Part shown: positions 1-12,792 of the stretch, in pieces
How positions within the stretch are numbered: position 1 is the first letter of the stretch
Layout of the letters: the number at the start of each line of letters is the position of its first letter
From: Tricharina praecox
Taxonomy: Eukaryota
Assembly (NCBI RefSeq): GCF_024521635.1
Contig: NW_026250420.1
Span: 496,001 to 560,000 of the forward strand
Direction of reading: 5' to 3'
DNA: 64,000 bases
Notes under the pieces: generated by a model
What the model was told of the DNA's origin: nothing
What the model saw: only the letters and a program-made list of their open reading frames with translations
Databases searched by the model: none
Made by a program: the position numbers and the translations under genes

Positions 1-288
1 CACAGTTTGTTGGAGCACTCAGCACCGTGTTCTAACAACTACCCAAACTCCACTCACTCAACCTTGCCCCACCCCCCGTTCTACTCTACATAACTCAGCT
101 CATCGAACCATCGCCGCAAATACCACTGCTACAAATACTGCGACAGCTCTAGTTACCGCCGCCCCACCGTCAATCCAATTGCTCCGGCTACACAAGCGAA
201 GGGAACGGTCCCACAGCTGCACCTTTGAACTACCCCCGCCTCCCCCCGCCTCCATCGCAACTCCACTCGCCACTCGCCGCCCGCAACG

Positions 289-1808
289 ATGTCTTTCCTC
301 TTCAGCCGAAACCGTCAGAAGACGCCGCAGGAGCTTGTTCGAGCATTGAAGGATACCATCATGCGGCTGGACACGCCGCTGGAGAAACGTCGGGTATGAG
401 GGTTTATCGAGGACGTGTTGGAGCGTGTAGCTGACGATCTCTCGCAGGCGTCCGAGGAAGCCACGAGGTTGCTCTCTCAGCTCAAGGTGATCCTACAGGG
501 AAACACGGGTTTGTATCCCCCATCCCAGTCCTGACCTCTGGCGACCCACCCTGTAGCTTAATTCGGGAGTTAATGTCAAGACTGTGCAGAGTCCGAACCC
601 TTGCCCGACCAAGTGCAAGCTCTCTCCGACGAAGTCATCAACAAAGACCTCCTCCCGCTTCTCGCAGAGAATCTCTTCCGATTGGATTTTGAGGTACTAC
701 AATGCCACGACCAAGGGCCAGCGCACTCTTGCTAACAGGAAATCCAGGCCAAAAAAGATGTTGTAGCGCTCTTCAACGGTCTCCTCCGTTACCGCCCACC
801 GGTCGGACACTTTGGTCAACACGTCTCCCCTCTCTACCCCGTCGTCGAATACCTCAGCCATGACGTCAACGAGCGCAACCGCAGGAACCCCCCGGATACC
901 CTCCGGACGCTGGTCGAGCACTACAAGTATCACCCGGAGGTTGCCAACAACTGTGGCACAATCCTGCGCGAGAGCTTCAAGCATGAGTCGCTGGCAAGGG
1001 TTGTGCTGTATGGAGAGATGTTCTGGGATTTCTTCGACTATGTGCAGGGAGGAAGCTTCGACATAGCTAGCGATGCCTTCTCAACGTTTAGAGTACGTGC
1101 GAGGTGTCGGGGGACACTGGTACTACGGGTTGAAACGTGCTGACAGCGGTAGGAACTTCTGACAAGGAACAAGAAGCTAGTAGCCGAATTCTTGAGCGAA
1201 AGACAGGTCGATGTATATATGCCAAGTGTCGCATCGTGAATACCATCCGACGGCTAACGGTCATAGTTCTTCCTTCGATATAATACCCTGTTGGTATCGT
1301 CGAACTACGTCACCAAGCGACAGTCGATCAAACTGCTCGGCGAAATCCTTTTGGATCGCGCAAACTACAATGTGATGCTGGAATACGTCGACTCACCGGA
1401 GCATCTCAAGTTGACCATGAACCTTCTGAGAGATAAGAGCAAGAACATCCAATACGAAGCATTCCACGTCTTCAAAGTGAGTCCATGACCGACAATGCAC
1501 CGATGCAGCTGGCTGACCCGAGGCAGGTTTTCGTGGCCAATCCTAAGAAATCGAAGGCGGTGCAAGACATCCTGTTGAAGAACCGCGAGAAGCTTCTGGT
1601 ATTCCTGCCCAAGTTCCATGAAGAACGAAAGGGTAAGTAACTATCCACGGTGTAGGTGATCGAACATGCCCCCGACTAAGACATTCTCACAGACGACGAG
1701 CAGTTTATAGACGAAAAGAGTTTTCTGATGAAGCAGATCCGAGATCTGGGACAGCAGCCCCACCATCCCCAGCAGCAGTACTCGCATTCTGGTATGGTGT
1801 CGGCTTAG
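289..1808 (+). CDS. hymA: Mo25/HymA/Hym1 (CAB39) family scaffold protein, multi-exon
   Basis: ATG at 289 ([22 protein letters not shown]). Spliced exons give [48 protein letters not shown] and DEQFIDEK, all hallmark Mo25 motifs. Several GT..CTRAY..AG introns; stop TAG 1806-1808. Confidence 0.95.
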
Positions 1809-3213
1809 TGTCCCTGGTCCCATTGTGTGTCTGCCATTGTGGCCTCGAGGCATGGAATGTGGAGGGGGGTTTACTGTGCGATTGGGAGGCGATGGCATGG
1901 CAATCAATCAATGGTGCGATGGAAGGGCGGCAGTTCGTAACGAGTACGGTGTTAACATGGCGTTAATGTTTTGATAGTACTTCTTTTCTCTCTTGGAACG
2001 TGGAGTGCGGGGCGGGGGGTTGTTGGGGTCTGTTTCGACGTTACTTGTAGTAAGCGTGTGTGCCGTATACCCACTTTTATTTCCTTTTTACGTGTACTTT
2101 TTTCTTTTCTTTCTTTCTATTGTCCTGTACGCTTTTCATTCTTTTCTTCCTAGTTATCGGATGTGGAGTTGCTTCGTTAAGGGGAGTCACAGTTGTATGT
2201 ACTGTACATATCATACCTTGACGGCTGTTCCGGCGGCCGGCATGATGTGCTTGACACTTGTGCTTCTATGAATATCGGTATGTAGTTTCGGGGATTGATA
2301 AGATCTTCAAAGAACACGGCGTTTCTGCACCTTGCCCTGGCTCTTGTCGCCCTATCATTCGTGGCGGCTTTGTGCACTGTGCACTGTGCAGGCGTGTGGG
2401 GGCAGAGCGAAGACCATGGCTTCTCACTCGAAGACCTTGTACCTTGGGCCTTGGACCGGTAGCATTCTTTCTGGCTGGTGCTTTGGATGCTTCTTCTCAG
2501 TGGTGGCGTATGCAATAAATACTATGTGTAAACGTAGCTTCTATTCGCAGATGTTGGTATGCACCTACAGGCTACTTGATCCTACACGGCTCGGGAATCG
2601 TCAGCTCAGCTCAGCTCTGGCTTGCTGCGGTTCCACAGATGCCTGATGATTCTGGACCGCAGGCCGGTGAGTCGTATACCAATCGTGAATACCGATTGCA
2701 GATAATGGTCGATACGCCCTGCTTTGGATGGATGAAACTGGCCATCCTCGTTAGTTTTCGTCGTACCCGGACGAAAAGTTGTTGCTTCTACACAGCTGCG
2801 GCCTGTCTTGTATCACCCATATGCACAACGACAAAGACCCCCGCAGATCAATCCCATCAAGACCAGAACCGGCGAATCCAAGAGTGGCTATTGGCTGGAG
2901 GCAGCTTGAAATTTTAATATCGGTGACTGCGGCAGATCGGTCAGGTCAATGCTTGCCATTTACTCTAGGGCTGCAGTCGGACCCTATTCTGTGTACCGGC
3001 GTGCTAGTGAGCGTCCACGGCGGCCAGATCATTAGCTGCAACAGTCCGCTTGCCTCATCCGCGGCCTCAGCCAGGTACTCTACAGGGACCTGTTCCTCAA
3101 AGACATAAATTGGCTGTTTCCGTACCTTCTTTCCACAGATTCGATTTAATCGCTTCTCTAGATACTCGGAACCTTGAGCTTACCTGCCCCGCGTTTTTTT
3201 ACCCCACCATACC

Positions 3214-4792
3214 ATGCCTAGCGAAAACGCTCCCTCCTCCGTCACGCACGCCTCCGGAGCTGCAGATGATGGCGCTCCCGATCTCCGTCTGCTCCACTAC
3301 AACGACGTCTACCACATCGACCAAGGGTATTCAGACCTCAATCCATCCCATGATTCATCCCCAATCCCCCTCCAATCCACCCCCCAGTTCGCCCAGCACC
3401 CGGCTGTCTAACTAGCTAACGCCTCCCCCACAGCTCGAAAGACCCCGTCGGCGGCGCGGCGCGCTTCGTCTCTCTCGTGACGCACTACCGGTCCTCGCCC
3501 ACGTACACCTCACAGCCGGAGCTACTAACCTTCTTTTCCGGCGATGCATTCAACCCGTCCCTCGAGTCCTCAGTGACCAAGGGGCGGCACATGGTTCCGA
3601 TCCTGAACGCGATCAAAACTTCCGTGGCATGTCTGGGCAACCACGATCTCGACTTCGGCGTCGAGCAGTTCGGCCACCTCAGGGATCTGTGCAACTTCCC
3701 GTGGCTGTGCGCGAATGTCGAGGATCCCGCGCTCGGCGAGGGCGTGAGTATTGCGGGGCTGCCGAAGACGGTTATGCTACAGGCTTCAAATGGGATTAAG
3801 GTCGGCGTCATTGGACTCGTCGAGAGAGAGTGGCTCGATACTATCAACTCCCTGCCACCGGGACTCGTCTATACCAGTGCGGCGGTGGCGGCGAAGAAGT
3901 GGGCGCCGGGGCTGCGCGAGCAGGGCGCTGAGATTGTTATTGCTGTCAGCCATATGCGTGAACCGAATGATGTGCGTACCTACCTAACTATCTCGTCACG
4001 CGGAGGGAATCGCTGCTGATGAGGAAAGATCAAACTGGCCAATAACATCCCGGAGGGCCTTATTGATATCGTCCTTGGAGGGTATGGCTCCTGCATGAAG
4101 TTTGGCGGTTGAACTGGCTAGCTTACAAGTGTGGTAGACACGATCACCATTACGCTCATGAGGTCGTCAATGGTTGCCATATCATCAGATCTGGTTGCGA
4201 CTTCAGGCAGCTCTCCTATATTGAGGCGCGCAAGAAGAGCAGTACCGATCCTGACGCTACGGGTTGGCACTTTGACATCGTGCGGCGGGATATCACGAGA
4301 GATGTGTAAGCTGTGGTAATCACTGTATTTATGGATGGATGGTGGCTAACCTCAATGGCAGGCCTGAGGATCCTCACACTGCTCACATCGTCAACAAGCT
4401 CACAGTCGGTCTGAAATCAAAGCTTGCGAAGCCCATTGGCGTGAGCATGGTGCCTTTGGATGCTCGGTTCAGCACTATCAGGTGCAAGGAATCGAACTAC
4501 GCCAACTTTGTGTACGTTCGGCCCAGTCAACCGCGGATCAAATTGATATGAACACTGATGGCGATTTGCATACAGGTGCGATCTGATGAGGTTCTACTAC
4601 AACACCGATTGTGCGATGATGGCCGGCGGAACCATGCGAGGAGACCAGATCTATCCCCCCGGTGTCATGAAGCTCGGCGACATCATCAACTGCTTCCCGT
4701 TCGAAGACCCGGTGGTCGTGGTTAGACTACCCGGATCGTCGATTGTCAAGGCCCTCGAGAACGGTGTTTCGAAGTTGCCGGCGTACGAAGGT

Positions 4793-4824
<32 letters not shown>

Positions 4825-5534
4825 CTATAGGTTTCTGGGCAGCAAATACTGATGTGACTACATAGGCCGCTTCGCCCACGTATCGGGAATCAAGTTCACC
4901 TACGATTCTTCTCTTCCAGAGGGTTCTAGGGTCTTGTCTTGCAAGATCGGAGAGGATGATGTTGTACCGGACAAGAAGTACACCCTTGCAACCAGGTACC
5001 TACGAAAGTTCAACATATCAAGGAGGGGGCAGGTTTGCTAATTGAAATCGAAGGGGCTACATGAGCCGAGGAAAGGACGGATACGAGGCCCTATCCGTAG
5101 AGCAGGGAGCGGAGAGCGTCGTGGACGACGAGAGCGGAGTGCTGATCTCGATGGTGCTCCGGCAATACCTCCTATCGCTCAAAGTGATCGGGAAGTGGTC
5201 TCGTGGCGGCTTCTACCGCAAGTTCTTCGGGCCCATGAAGAAGGACATGAGCGCGAAGGGAAGTCTCGTGCAGTCATCGGAAGCAGCCCAGCACGAGGAT
5301 CTCGACGACGACGACCAGACCAGTGGAAGCGAGATCGAGAACGACGAGATCGAGCGCGAAGACGATGACGCACCGAAGGCGGCGCAATCGGATGAGACCG
5401 ACCATCTTAAGATGAAAATGGGCACGAAGTGGGCACGCCTGGCGAAAGTTGGTTCGAGCACTCAGAATGTCGACTGGACTAGTGCTATCTCGCCCGCGGT
5501 CGAGGGGAGGATTGTCGATGTCAGGCAGGAGTGA
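3214..5534 (+). CDS. 5'-nucleotidase/apyrase-family calcineurin-like metallophosphoesterase with 5'-nucleotidase C-terminal domain; no signal peptide
   Basis: Motifs LLHYNDVYH, FFSGDAFNPS, LGNHDLDFG, SHMREPND, LGGHDH, GGTMRGD and EGRFAHVSG, assembled across about 7 introns; stop at 5534. Confidence 0.9.
4793..4822 (+). repeat. G30 homopolymer at the 5' end of a nucleotidase intron
   Basis: GT donor at 4791 is followed directly by 30 G; intron ends CATAG at 4865. Confidence 0.9.
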
Positions 5535-5821
5535 TTTACGTCTGTATAGTACTCTAGTCATGCAATACCAATACGCTCTGTAGCCTATCATGAGATGGTG
5601 AATTGAGGCTTGGGATTTCATTCAGTGAGAACTTTGGTGTAACATGTAGTTTGAGTTGTGTCTGGCCGCTCCGGTCTGTACCCATTGAGCGTGGGGGGAG
5701 TGCCAAGCTAGGAGCTCAACCGGGAGAGCATCATCAATCAACAAACGCGAGCGCCATTGCAACCACCACCACCACCACCCACCTCCTCCGACCCCACACC
5801 ACGCCATCGTCTCGATACGGA

Positions 5822-6786
5822 ATGGACGCATCGGTCTACAACGCGCTCGACAATCTGGAGCGCAACATCCAGCAGCTGCTCGAGTCCGTAGCGTCGTACA
5901 ACCCCTCCCCGGCCGGCGCCGTAGCGCTCGTGCAGTCGGACGATGAGCTCACGTTGACGTTGAAGAAACGTGAGTCTCCGCGCACCTTCCCTTCCCCTTC
6001 CCCTTCCACATACTGATCCGTCTTATCCTATGCCCATACATAGTGGAAGAGCACCAGCAAGCCACGCAGCGAATCCTCACACTCAGTGCGACCAGCGCCT
6101 TGCTCGACTCGCAGCTGACGTCGCTGCTGTCGACACTCTCGGCCGCGCGCCAGCAGCTGCTCGCTACCCCGTCAACCCGCTTCACAGTCCCCCCGCGCGA
6201 AGTTGCTTACAACGACCTCCTCGCCTACGCTGCGAAGATCTCGAAATACTCCCGCCCGTCGAATCCCGCCGCCTTCCGGAAGCACGCCAGCGCTGTGCTG
6301 CCGCAGTTGCAGGTGCAGCAGCTAGAGGAGGGGGTGGGGGTGGGGGAGGGAGGGGGAAAGGTGAAGGTGGAGGAGGAGGAGCAGGAGCAGCAGGAGCAGC
6401 AGGAGCCGCCCCCCCTGGGCATGTCAGAGGAGGAGTTCACGTCGCTCGATCCGTCGGGGAACCTACAGTTCACGCCGTGGCCAAATGAGATCTTGATGCG
6501 GCAGGGCGCGCTACAGGCCGTTGGCCCGGATGGCGTGCCCGAGGATATGGTGCCCGAGGCCGAGAGGAGGAAGATCGAGGAGGAGGGGGAGAAGGTGCGC
6601 AGGGAGATGGAGAGGGTTGTTAATGGCGGACCGAGCGACGCAGACGAGAAGGCCCGCAGGAATAGTGGTTATGCACACCCCGCCCCCCAGCGCGATAGAC
6701 CCCCCGCTCCTCTCCCGCCGCCACCGCCGCCCCCGCAGGGCTCCCTCACGTTTGATTTGTGGCAGGATGAGGGCGATGATGATTAG
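5822..6786 (+). CDS. MED4: Mediator subunit 4 (Med4)
   Basis: MDASVYNALDNLE...LLESVASYNPS; intron 5970-6043; then LEEHQ...LLAYAAKISKYS and PWPNEILMRQGAL, typical of fungal Med4; acidic C-terminus. Confidence 0.88.
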
Positions 6787-7103
6787 GCGATTAGGCCCGC
6801 GGAGTGGGGGATACCATGTTTTCCAATTCTTCTGTATGCAAGTTCTACTGCGAAGTCGGGCAGTCGTAATGCAATGCCACTGCACCACTGCTATATATGT
6901 AGAACTTAGGGCGACGTCCCGCTTCGTTCGTTCGTTGATCTCGTGTGTAAATCAAGCTACAATAAGAAAGTCGCGAACCGACAACTTACAAGGCTAAGGC
7001 TGCGGCTCCCACTCCAACTAAACTCCACATCCTACCACCGCCGCCGCCCATCAATCTCACCCACCCCACCACCCCACACCACCACAACCAAGCACCGACG
7101 ACC

Positions 7104-7880
7104 ATGGCCATATCCGCAACGCTCTCGCTCCTCCCGCGCGCCGACGGCTCCGCAACGTTCAAATGCGGCCTCACCAGCGCGATCGCCTCGGTCTCAGGAC
7201 CAATGGAGGTGCGACCGCGCGACGAGCTACCAGACAAGACATTTATCGAGGTGATAGTGCGGCCCGCGGTGGGTGTCGGCGGTTAGCATCTCCCTCCTTC
7301 CCCCCCACCCTCCCCCCCACTCCCCCCCCCCTAGCTAACACCCGCAGGCACGCACGAACGCGCCCTCGAATCGCTCCTCCTCTCCGCGCTGTCGCCGCTG
7401 ATAATCCGCACGCACCATCCACGCACCCTGCTGCAGATCAATGTGCAGATTGTCGAGGCTGCGGATCACACCGACGCTACTGCGCTGCTGCCCGTCGCTA
7501 TCAATGCTGCCAGTCTGGCCCTTGTTGATGCGGGCGTGCCGTTGAGGAGTTTGTTGGTTGCTACGACGGTGGGGTTGGATGAACAAGGCGGGGTGATGAG
7601 GGGAGAGGGGGAGGGGGGGAGGGCACAGGTGGGGAAGGAGGGGAGTAGGCATGTACTTGGGTTTGCGAGGGGGGAGTGTGTATTCGTTGAGAGTCTTGGC
7701 ACGTTTGATGAGCAAGGGTTTGCCAATGCGCTGCTGTGGGGAAGGGAGGAGTGTGCTATGGACGGCGGCGGTGCGGAGGGGATGGGGGTGGACGGGAAGT
7801 GCAAGGCTGAGACGGTGGGCGCCGTGGTTCGTCGCGCCGTCGAGAGGAAGGTCGCTGCGGATATGAGGTGGAAGGAATAG
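7104..7880 (+). CDS. RRP46: RNA exosome core subunit Rrp46 (RNase PH-like)
   Basis: LSLLPRADGSATF, SVSGPMEVRPRDELP, IIRTHHPRTLLQINVQI, AINAASLALVDAGVPLRS; intron 7282-7347. Confidence 0.9.
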
Positions 7881-9216
7881 GAAGAGTTGAAGAGTTGAAG
7901 GGCTACTTTCTTGATTTCTTTCGGGCGGGCGGGCGGGGGGATACGGCGTTCTTGTCTTGCGGGTTATTGGTGGGAAAAGTTTGCTTGCTTTGTGAGGGTT
8001 GGAGTTGGATCTTCGTATCATGTTTTTCCGTTGACCGTCATTGTGAAAGTGCTGGTTGTCATTACCACGGTACTTACGCAGCTTGATCATCTGCGCCATG
8101 CTATGCTACATGGTCGACCGCTGCTACCCTCCAATAATATGCTCCACATAATATCACCATTTCAGTCCTCAAGGTTGTAAAAACACGGTCCAGACTTTAA
8201 GGTTCACATCTGACCCCCGGGGGTTTCTGAGGAACGGCTGCTGTTGTTATGCACTCGTGGGAAGTATTTAGCCGATGCGAGATCAGTGTCAATTCTCGAG
8301 GCACATTTTGTCTGTACGGGCCATGGAGCGTATCGGATGTACTCCGAGGGAGTCACTATTTTTTACACACGCCCGGTGTTGGGGGGATTGATTATTGCAG
8401 CGCACGAAGCACTTCCCTCTTTCTCATATACGGTAGTACCAGTTGCGCCGCGGCTGAGTACGGATGGGCCGGTAGTTAGCACAGCGTTTCTGCTGCTGGA
8501 CGAGGTGCAACAGTAAGGTGGAGCACCTGTTAAATCAAGCGTCCAAAGACCCGGCGCTGCCCTGGTAGGTAAAGGCAGTTCCTCGCCGTCTCGTTCTATC
8601 TCTGGCTCTCGCTCTGGTGGAGTAATGTCTTGCTCCTATGGAGCGCTTCGACATCTGGAGAAGAAGGAAAGCCTTGGATATGCCTTTCACAGAGCTCCGG
8701 GAGTGAGGGATGGACATGAGGGGAAAGGAAAGGGGAGGACATGGCACTCCGTTTAGCTGGTGCAAAGAGGAGCTTACCATCTGGTAAGATACCGTAATTT
8801 TGCTTGCTTAAAATATAGGGTTCCTTTGTCCAGCGGGAGCTTGTATACCAGTAGCGGGTGGCTGCGAGTGATGTGCGCTCCCACTTCGAGTGATATACTG
8901 TGAATCTGTTTCCGCCGACCTTCGACGCCTTCAAAACCACCGCCGACTCATCGCCATCTCCATCACACCATCCGACTCACCTTCCTTTTTCTCGGCGCCC
9001 TCCCTCCACCACAGTCCTCACCGCCGAGATGCCACCATCATGGAAAGAGCGAACCGGCAACCCAGCGCTGATACGCCCTTTAGCCCAACCCCACAAGATC
9101 GTTACACTAGACGCATCTAGCGCAGGTCCTTAGCTCCCCCATCACCGCCACTACCACCACCGTCGCGTATTCCCGCCGAAACGTGCGCTGACAGTCCCAC
9201 CCTGTATACAGACATC

Positions 9217-11890
9217 ATGCTCAAGAACGTGCGCCTGCGCCTGTTCCCGACGACGACGTACAATTCTCTCGTGTGGAGTGCCGAGGGAGCGCTCGCACTC
9301 GCCGCTGGGGAGAACGTGGTTATTCTGGTAATTATCTTCTTTTTTTCTTTTTTTCTTCTTTCTTTTTTACAGGTAGCTGATCGACGCCCGAGCGAGCGCA
9401 CAGGTCCCAAAACTCACTGGACAAGATGGCCGGCAGACCGACAAGAAGTCGCCGCAGTTCTGGCACACCGTCGCCGACATGCGGCAGCTGATCATCGACG
9501 CCATGGACGAAGAGATCAAGCCGGCACCCGGTAAGTTCCATTCCATTCAATTGCTTCCCCCGCCAAACACAATCCGTTCACTCTGACGTCTCCAGCGCGC
9601 ATATACTCGATCGGCGAAGAGCAAGGCCCGGGGTACGCATACCAGATCGCGTGGTCGCCGCTGGGGATGTCGCGCTACCGCCGGTGCCTCCTCGCCGTCA
9701 TCGCCACGAACCACAAGATGTACATCTTTGAGCCGGTCGGCCATGTCGGCAGCGACATGAGGGTCCTCTACGATCTCACGCCCCTGTCGTTTAAGTTCCA
9801 GGACGAGAAAGATGCGGACGAGAAAGAGAAGGAGATCAGGACCCGTCTAAGATCGAGGTGTATGGGTATGGCTTGGAGTCTGGCCTGCAGGACAGACGAG
9901 AATCGCTGGGGTGAGTCGTTGATCGCCGTGGCGAACGATCATCTCGAGATGATATTTTTTAGGTGGGTTTTACTGTCTGGTCTTTGGCACGGGAAGGGTG
10001 AGGGCTAATGAGGTCTTGGGGTGATGTAGGATCGGACAAGGCTTGCAGGAAATGGTGGCCGTTCTTAAGCCTTTTCCCGCACGTTATGTCGCGAAGTACA
10101 TTGGCACGCGGGCCACGCACTTCAAGGCACTGCGCTGGAGCCCTTGGAGACAGTGCGACAAGAAGAAATGTGAGTGTTATTTCGTGTGTGGGGCTATATC
10201 CAAAAGGGCAGGAGTCTGATGGATTTACGCAGACTACGCTTTCCTGGCATACTTCTGGGACGGCAAGGCAGTGGTGTCGAGAGTGACCCTTGATGTGGAA
10301 GATGCTTCGGAGCCGCAGGTCTCGATTGGTTCGGAACCAATGCTGCTCGGCAAGGCAATGTCGAACTTGCATCCCATCTTCTCGGTGGCTTTTGCTCCCG
10401 AGTTGATCGCGGGCCGGATAGTCGCTGCGTATGCCGCTCAGCTGTGTACCGTGGTGCTGACCTTCGACGAGGATGGATCTATTCTGTCGAGGGAAGAGTT
10501 CGAGAACACCTTTGTCGAGAGATGTTCAGGTATGTCGGGAGAATTGTGTTCTTGTCGCGATCAGACGAGTTTAACCTGGAGAATAGGCCTTGACTTTGCA
10601 CCAACGAATGAACCCGATACCGTGATAGTTCAGGTCCTGACCAGCCAGGGCAAGTCACAGATCATCACCTACAAGATCCCCACCACAGCGTCTCCGTCGC
10701 CCTCCGCTTCTACCTCGACGATCCAGGGCATTGCGACGGTCCAAGGCACTGATGACGCAGCCATAAAAGACGCACCTACCGAAGAGCTCGAAAACGTGCA
10801 GACTACCTGGCCCATGACACTTGCAGAGATGAAGCAGGACTACATGTCCGAATATGACATTACCAAGGCACAGGTACGCACCTACGGTCTTGCCGTGTCA
10901 CCGCTCGGTGGCATCACCGCCATTGCCGCTAGCTTCCATCCCAAGGTCAGCCTGGAGTATACCACGGCGCACACCGAGAGGACGACCTTGATCTTCGGAT
11001 TCGCGCCCGGATCGAGCGGGTGTTGGAGCAGTTTTGGGTTCACCCCCAAAGGCGCACTGCCAAATCCCATCACTACAGCCACCGAGGCGGTGATCCTGGA
11101 ATCAGTGGCACTGGGCAAGCCCTTCACGTCGCGCATCCACGCAGCCATTTCGGCCGTGACAGCAGACGGAAATCCCCGCTTGGAGGGTATAACCTTCACC
11201 CCCGGCGAAGACGAGGAAGAGTTCCTGGCGAAGCACACGCTGCTCTCCAAACCGCTCAACGCGCTCCGCTACACGGCCGCGCTGAAGCGAATCGCCCAGA
11301 TGAACCACAAGTACGAGCTCCTCCCGGAGAACCCGCACATCATCGCCGCGTCGATCGTGTCCGCACTCTCCGTTCCGCGCGACCTCTGCACCGACGCCGA
11401 TTCCAAGCGAATCCTGTACTCCCTCGCGTGCATCGGGATAATGGGGCTATACTCCTCGTCGATAATCCTGGGCCTAGCCGAGTCCGCCTTCACCTGGCTC
11501 AGCACGCACACGCCCGACGAAGTCCGCTTCGACCTCGAGCTGAGCATTGTCGCGATGCGCCGCCGCGCCGGCAACTCCGACGAACTGCCCGTCAGCGTCG
11601 AGAACGGCTTCGTCAGCTCGTTCGAGCGCTGCGTCATCTGCGCCGCCGGCATGGTCTGGCGCGATCTCAGGATCGCAGAGTGCACCGCCGGCCACAGGTT
11701 CAGCCGCTGCGCTATCACGTTCCTGCCAATTACCGATCCCATGGCCACCAGGGAGTGCTCGGTGTGCGCGCGCACAGTGCTCGGCGCTGACGTCGAGGAT
11801 CAGGAGGTGGCGGGACTGGCGGCCACGGTGTTTGGTGGCTGGGAAACGTGTTTGCTCTGCGGAGGCAGGTATTGGGCCGAGGAGAGTTGA
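9217..11890 (+). CDS. TFC8: TFIIIC 90 kDa/tau60-type subunit (beta-propeller N-terminus, C-terminal zf-TFIIIC)
   Basis: N-terminal LVWSAEGALALAAGE and IAWSPLGMSRYRRCLLAVIATN; C-terminal CVIC...ECTAGHRFSRCAITFLPI...CSVC...CLLCGGRY zinc-finger pattern; about 5 introns. Confidence 0.8.
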
Positions 11891-12792
11891 TGGATGATGA
11901 TATTCATCATACTTACTGCCATTTGACGACATATGTTCAGTATGCAGCCCTGTGGTTACAGGATGTGGTTTAGCGTACATAGTAGCAATGAACCCTGTCG
12001 TCGATCTCCCGCAGTCTGAGTTTTTGTGGATCGTGAAAATTCCGTTCGTGAAATGTGCACAACCTCCGTAGATCAGCAGTGAAAGATGTCGAAGCATCCG
12101 TCAAGCACGCATGTTTCGTGTAATCCCGCAAGGGTACGAGAGTGGTGGAGTTCCGCAGCATATGTAGACGCCAGCGCACTCACCATACCGAAGAATCCCT
12201 CCAACGATCCGCCAGCTTGTATAAGTGCTCTGTGTAATCGCTATCTATGGAGTTATTCTTTCTCCATGTAGAGTAGAATCCTTAAAGTAAGCCTTACCCC
12301 TGCCTTTCCTTGCGCACAACGAATGAGCAGTACGAGGCCGAAGGGGTGTGCGAATCCCCATTGACCCTCCAGGCGCCGCCTCCGCCCGCGCCTACACTTC
12401 AAAGAGCGCTTTTCCGCCTCAGCAGACTCCGCGCACGGCTTGGATTACCATTCTCATTTCCGAGCCAAGCCTGGTGAAGCCTTAGAGTGGTTGTGATTGG
12501 CCAACAGCATCATTCCAACCCCACTGCCAAGCCAAATCACTCTTTGAGCTCCGTTGTTCCCCACCTGGCACCAGCAACACGCGCGCTTTCACCCACCCAC
12601 CAAGCTCCAACCCCGCAACACGCGCAACTCCGCAACACGCGCGCCGCTCCTCGCTGCCCAGCCCAGCCCAGCCTAGCGGCGATCTTGTTTTGCCCGTATT
12701 CCACACCACCATCACCACCACCAACAACACCACCACCCGCACCACCACCACCACACCACTGCCACTACCCGCACCACCACCAGCAATCCAAA

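Noticed and set aside
509..589. HymA intron with an internal CTGAC..TAG, considered as a stwintron
   Set aside because: Removing the inner segment does not rebuild a valid donor; at most a cryptic acceptor.
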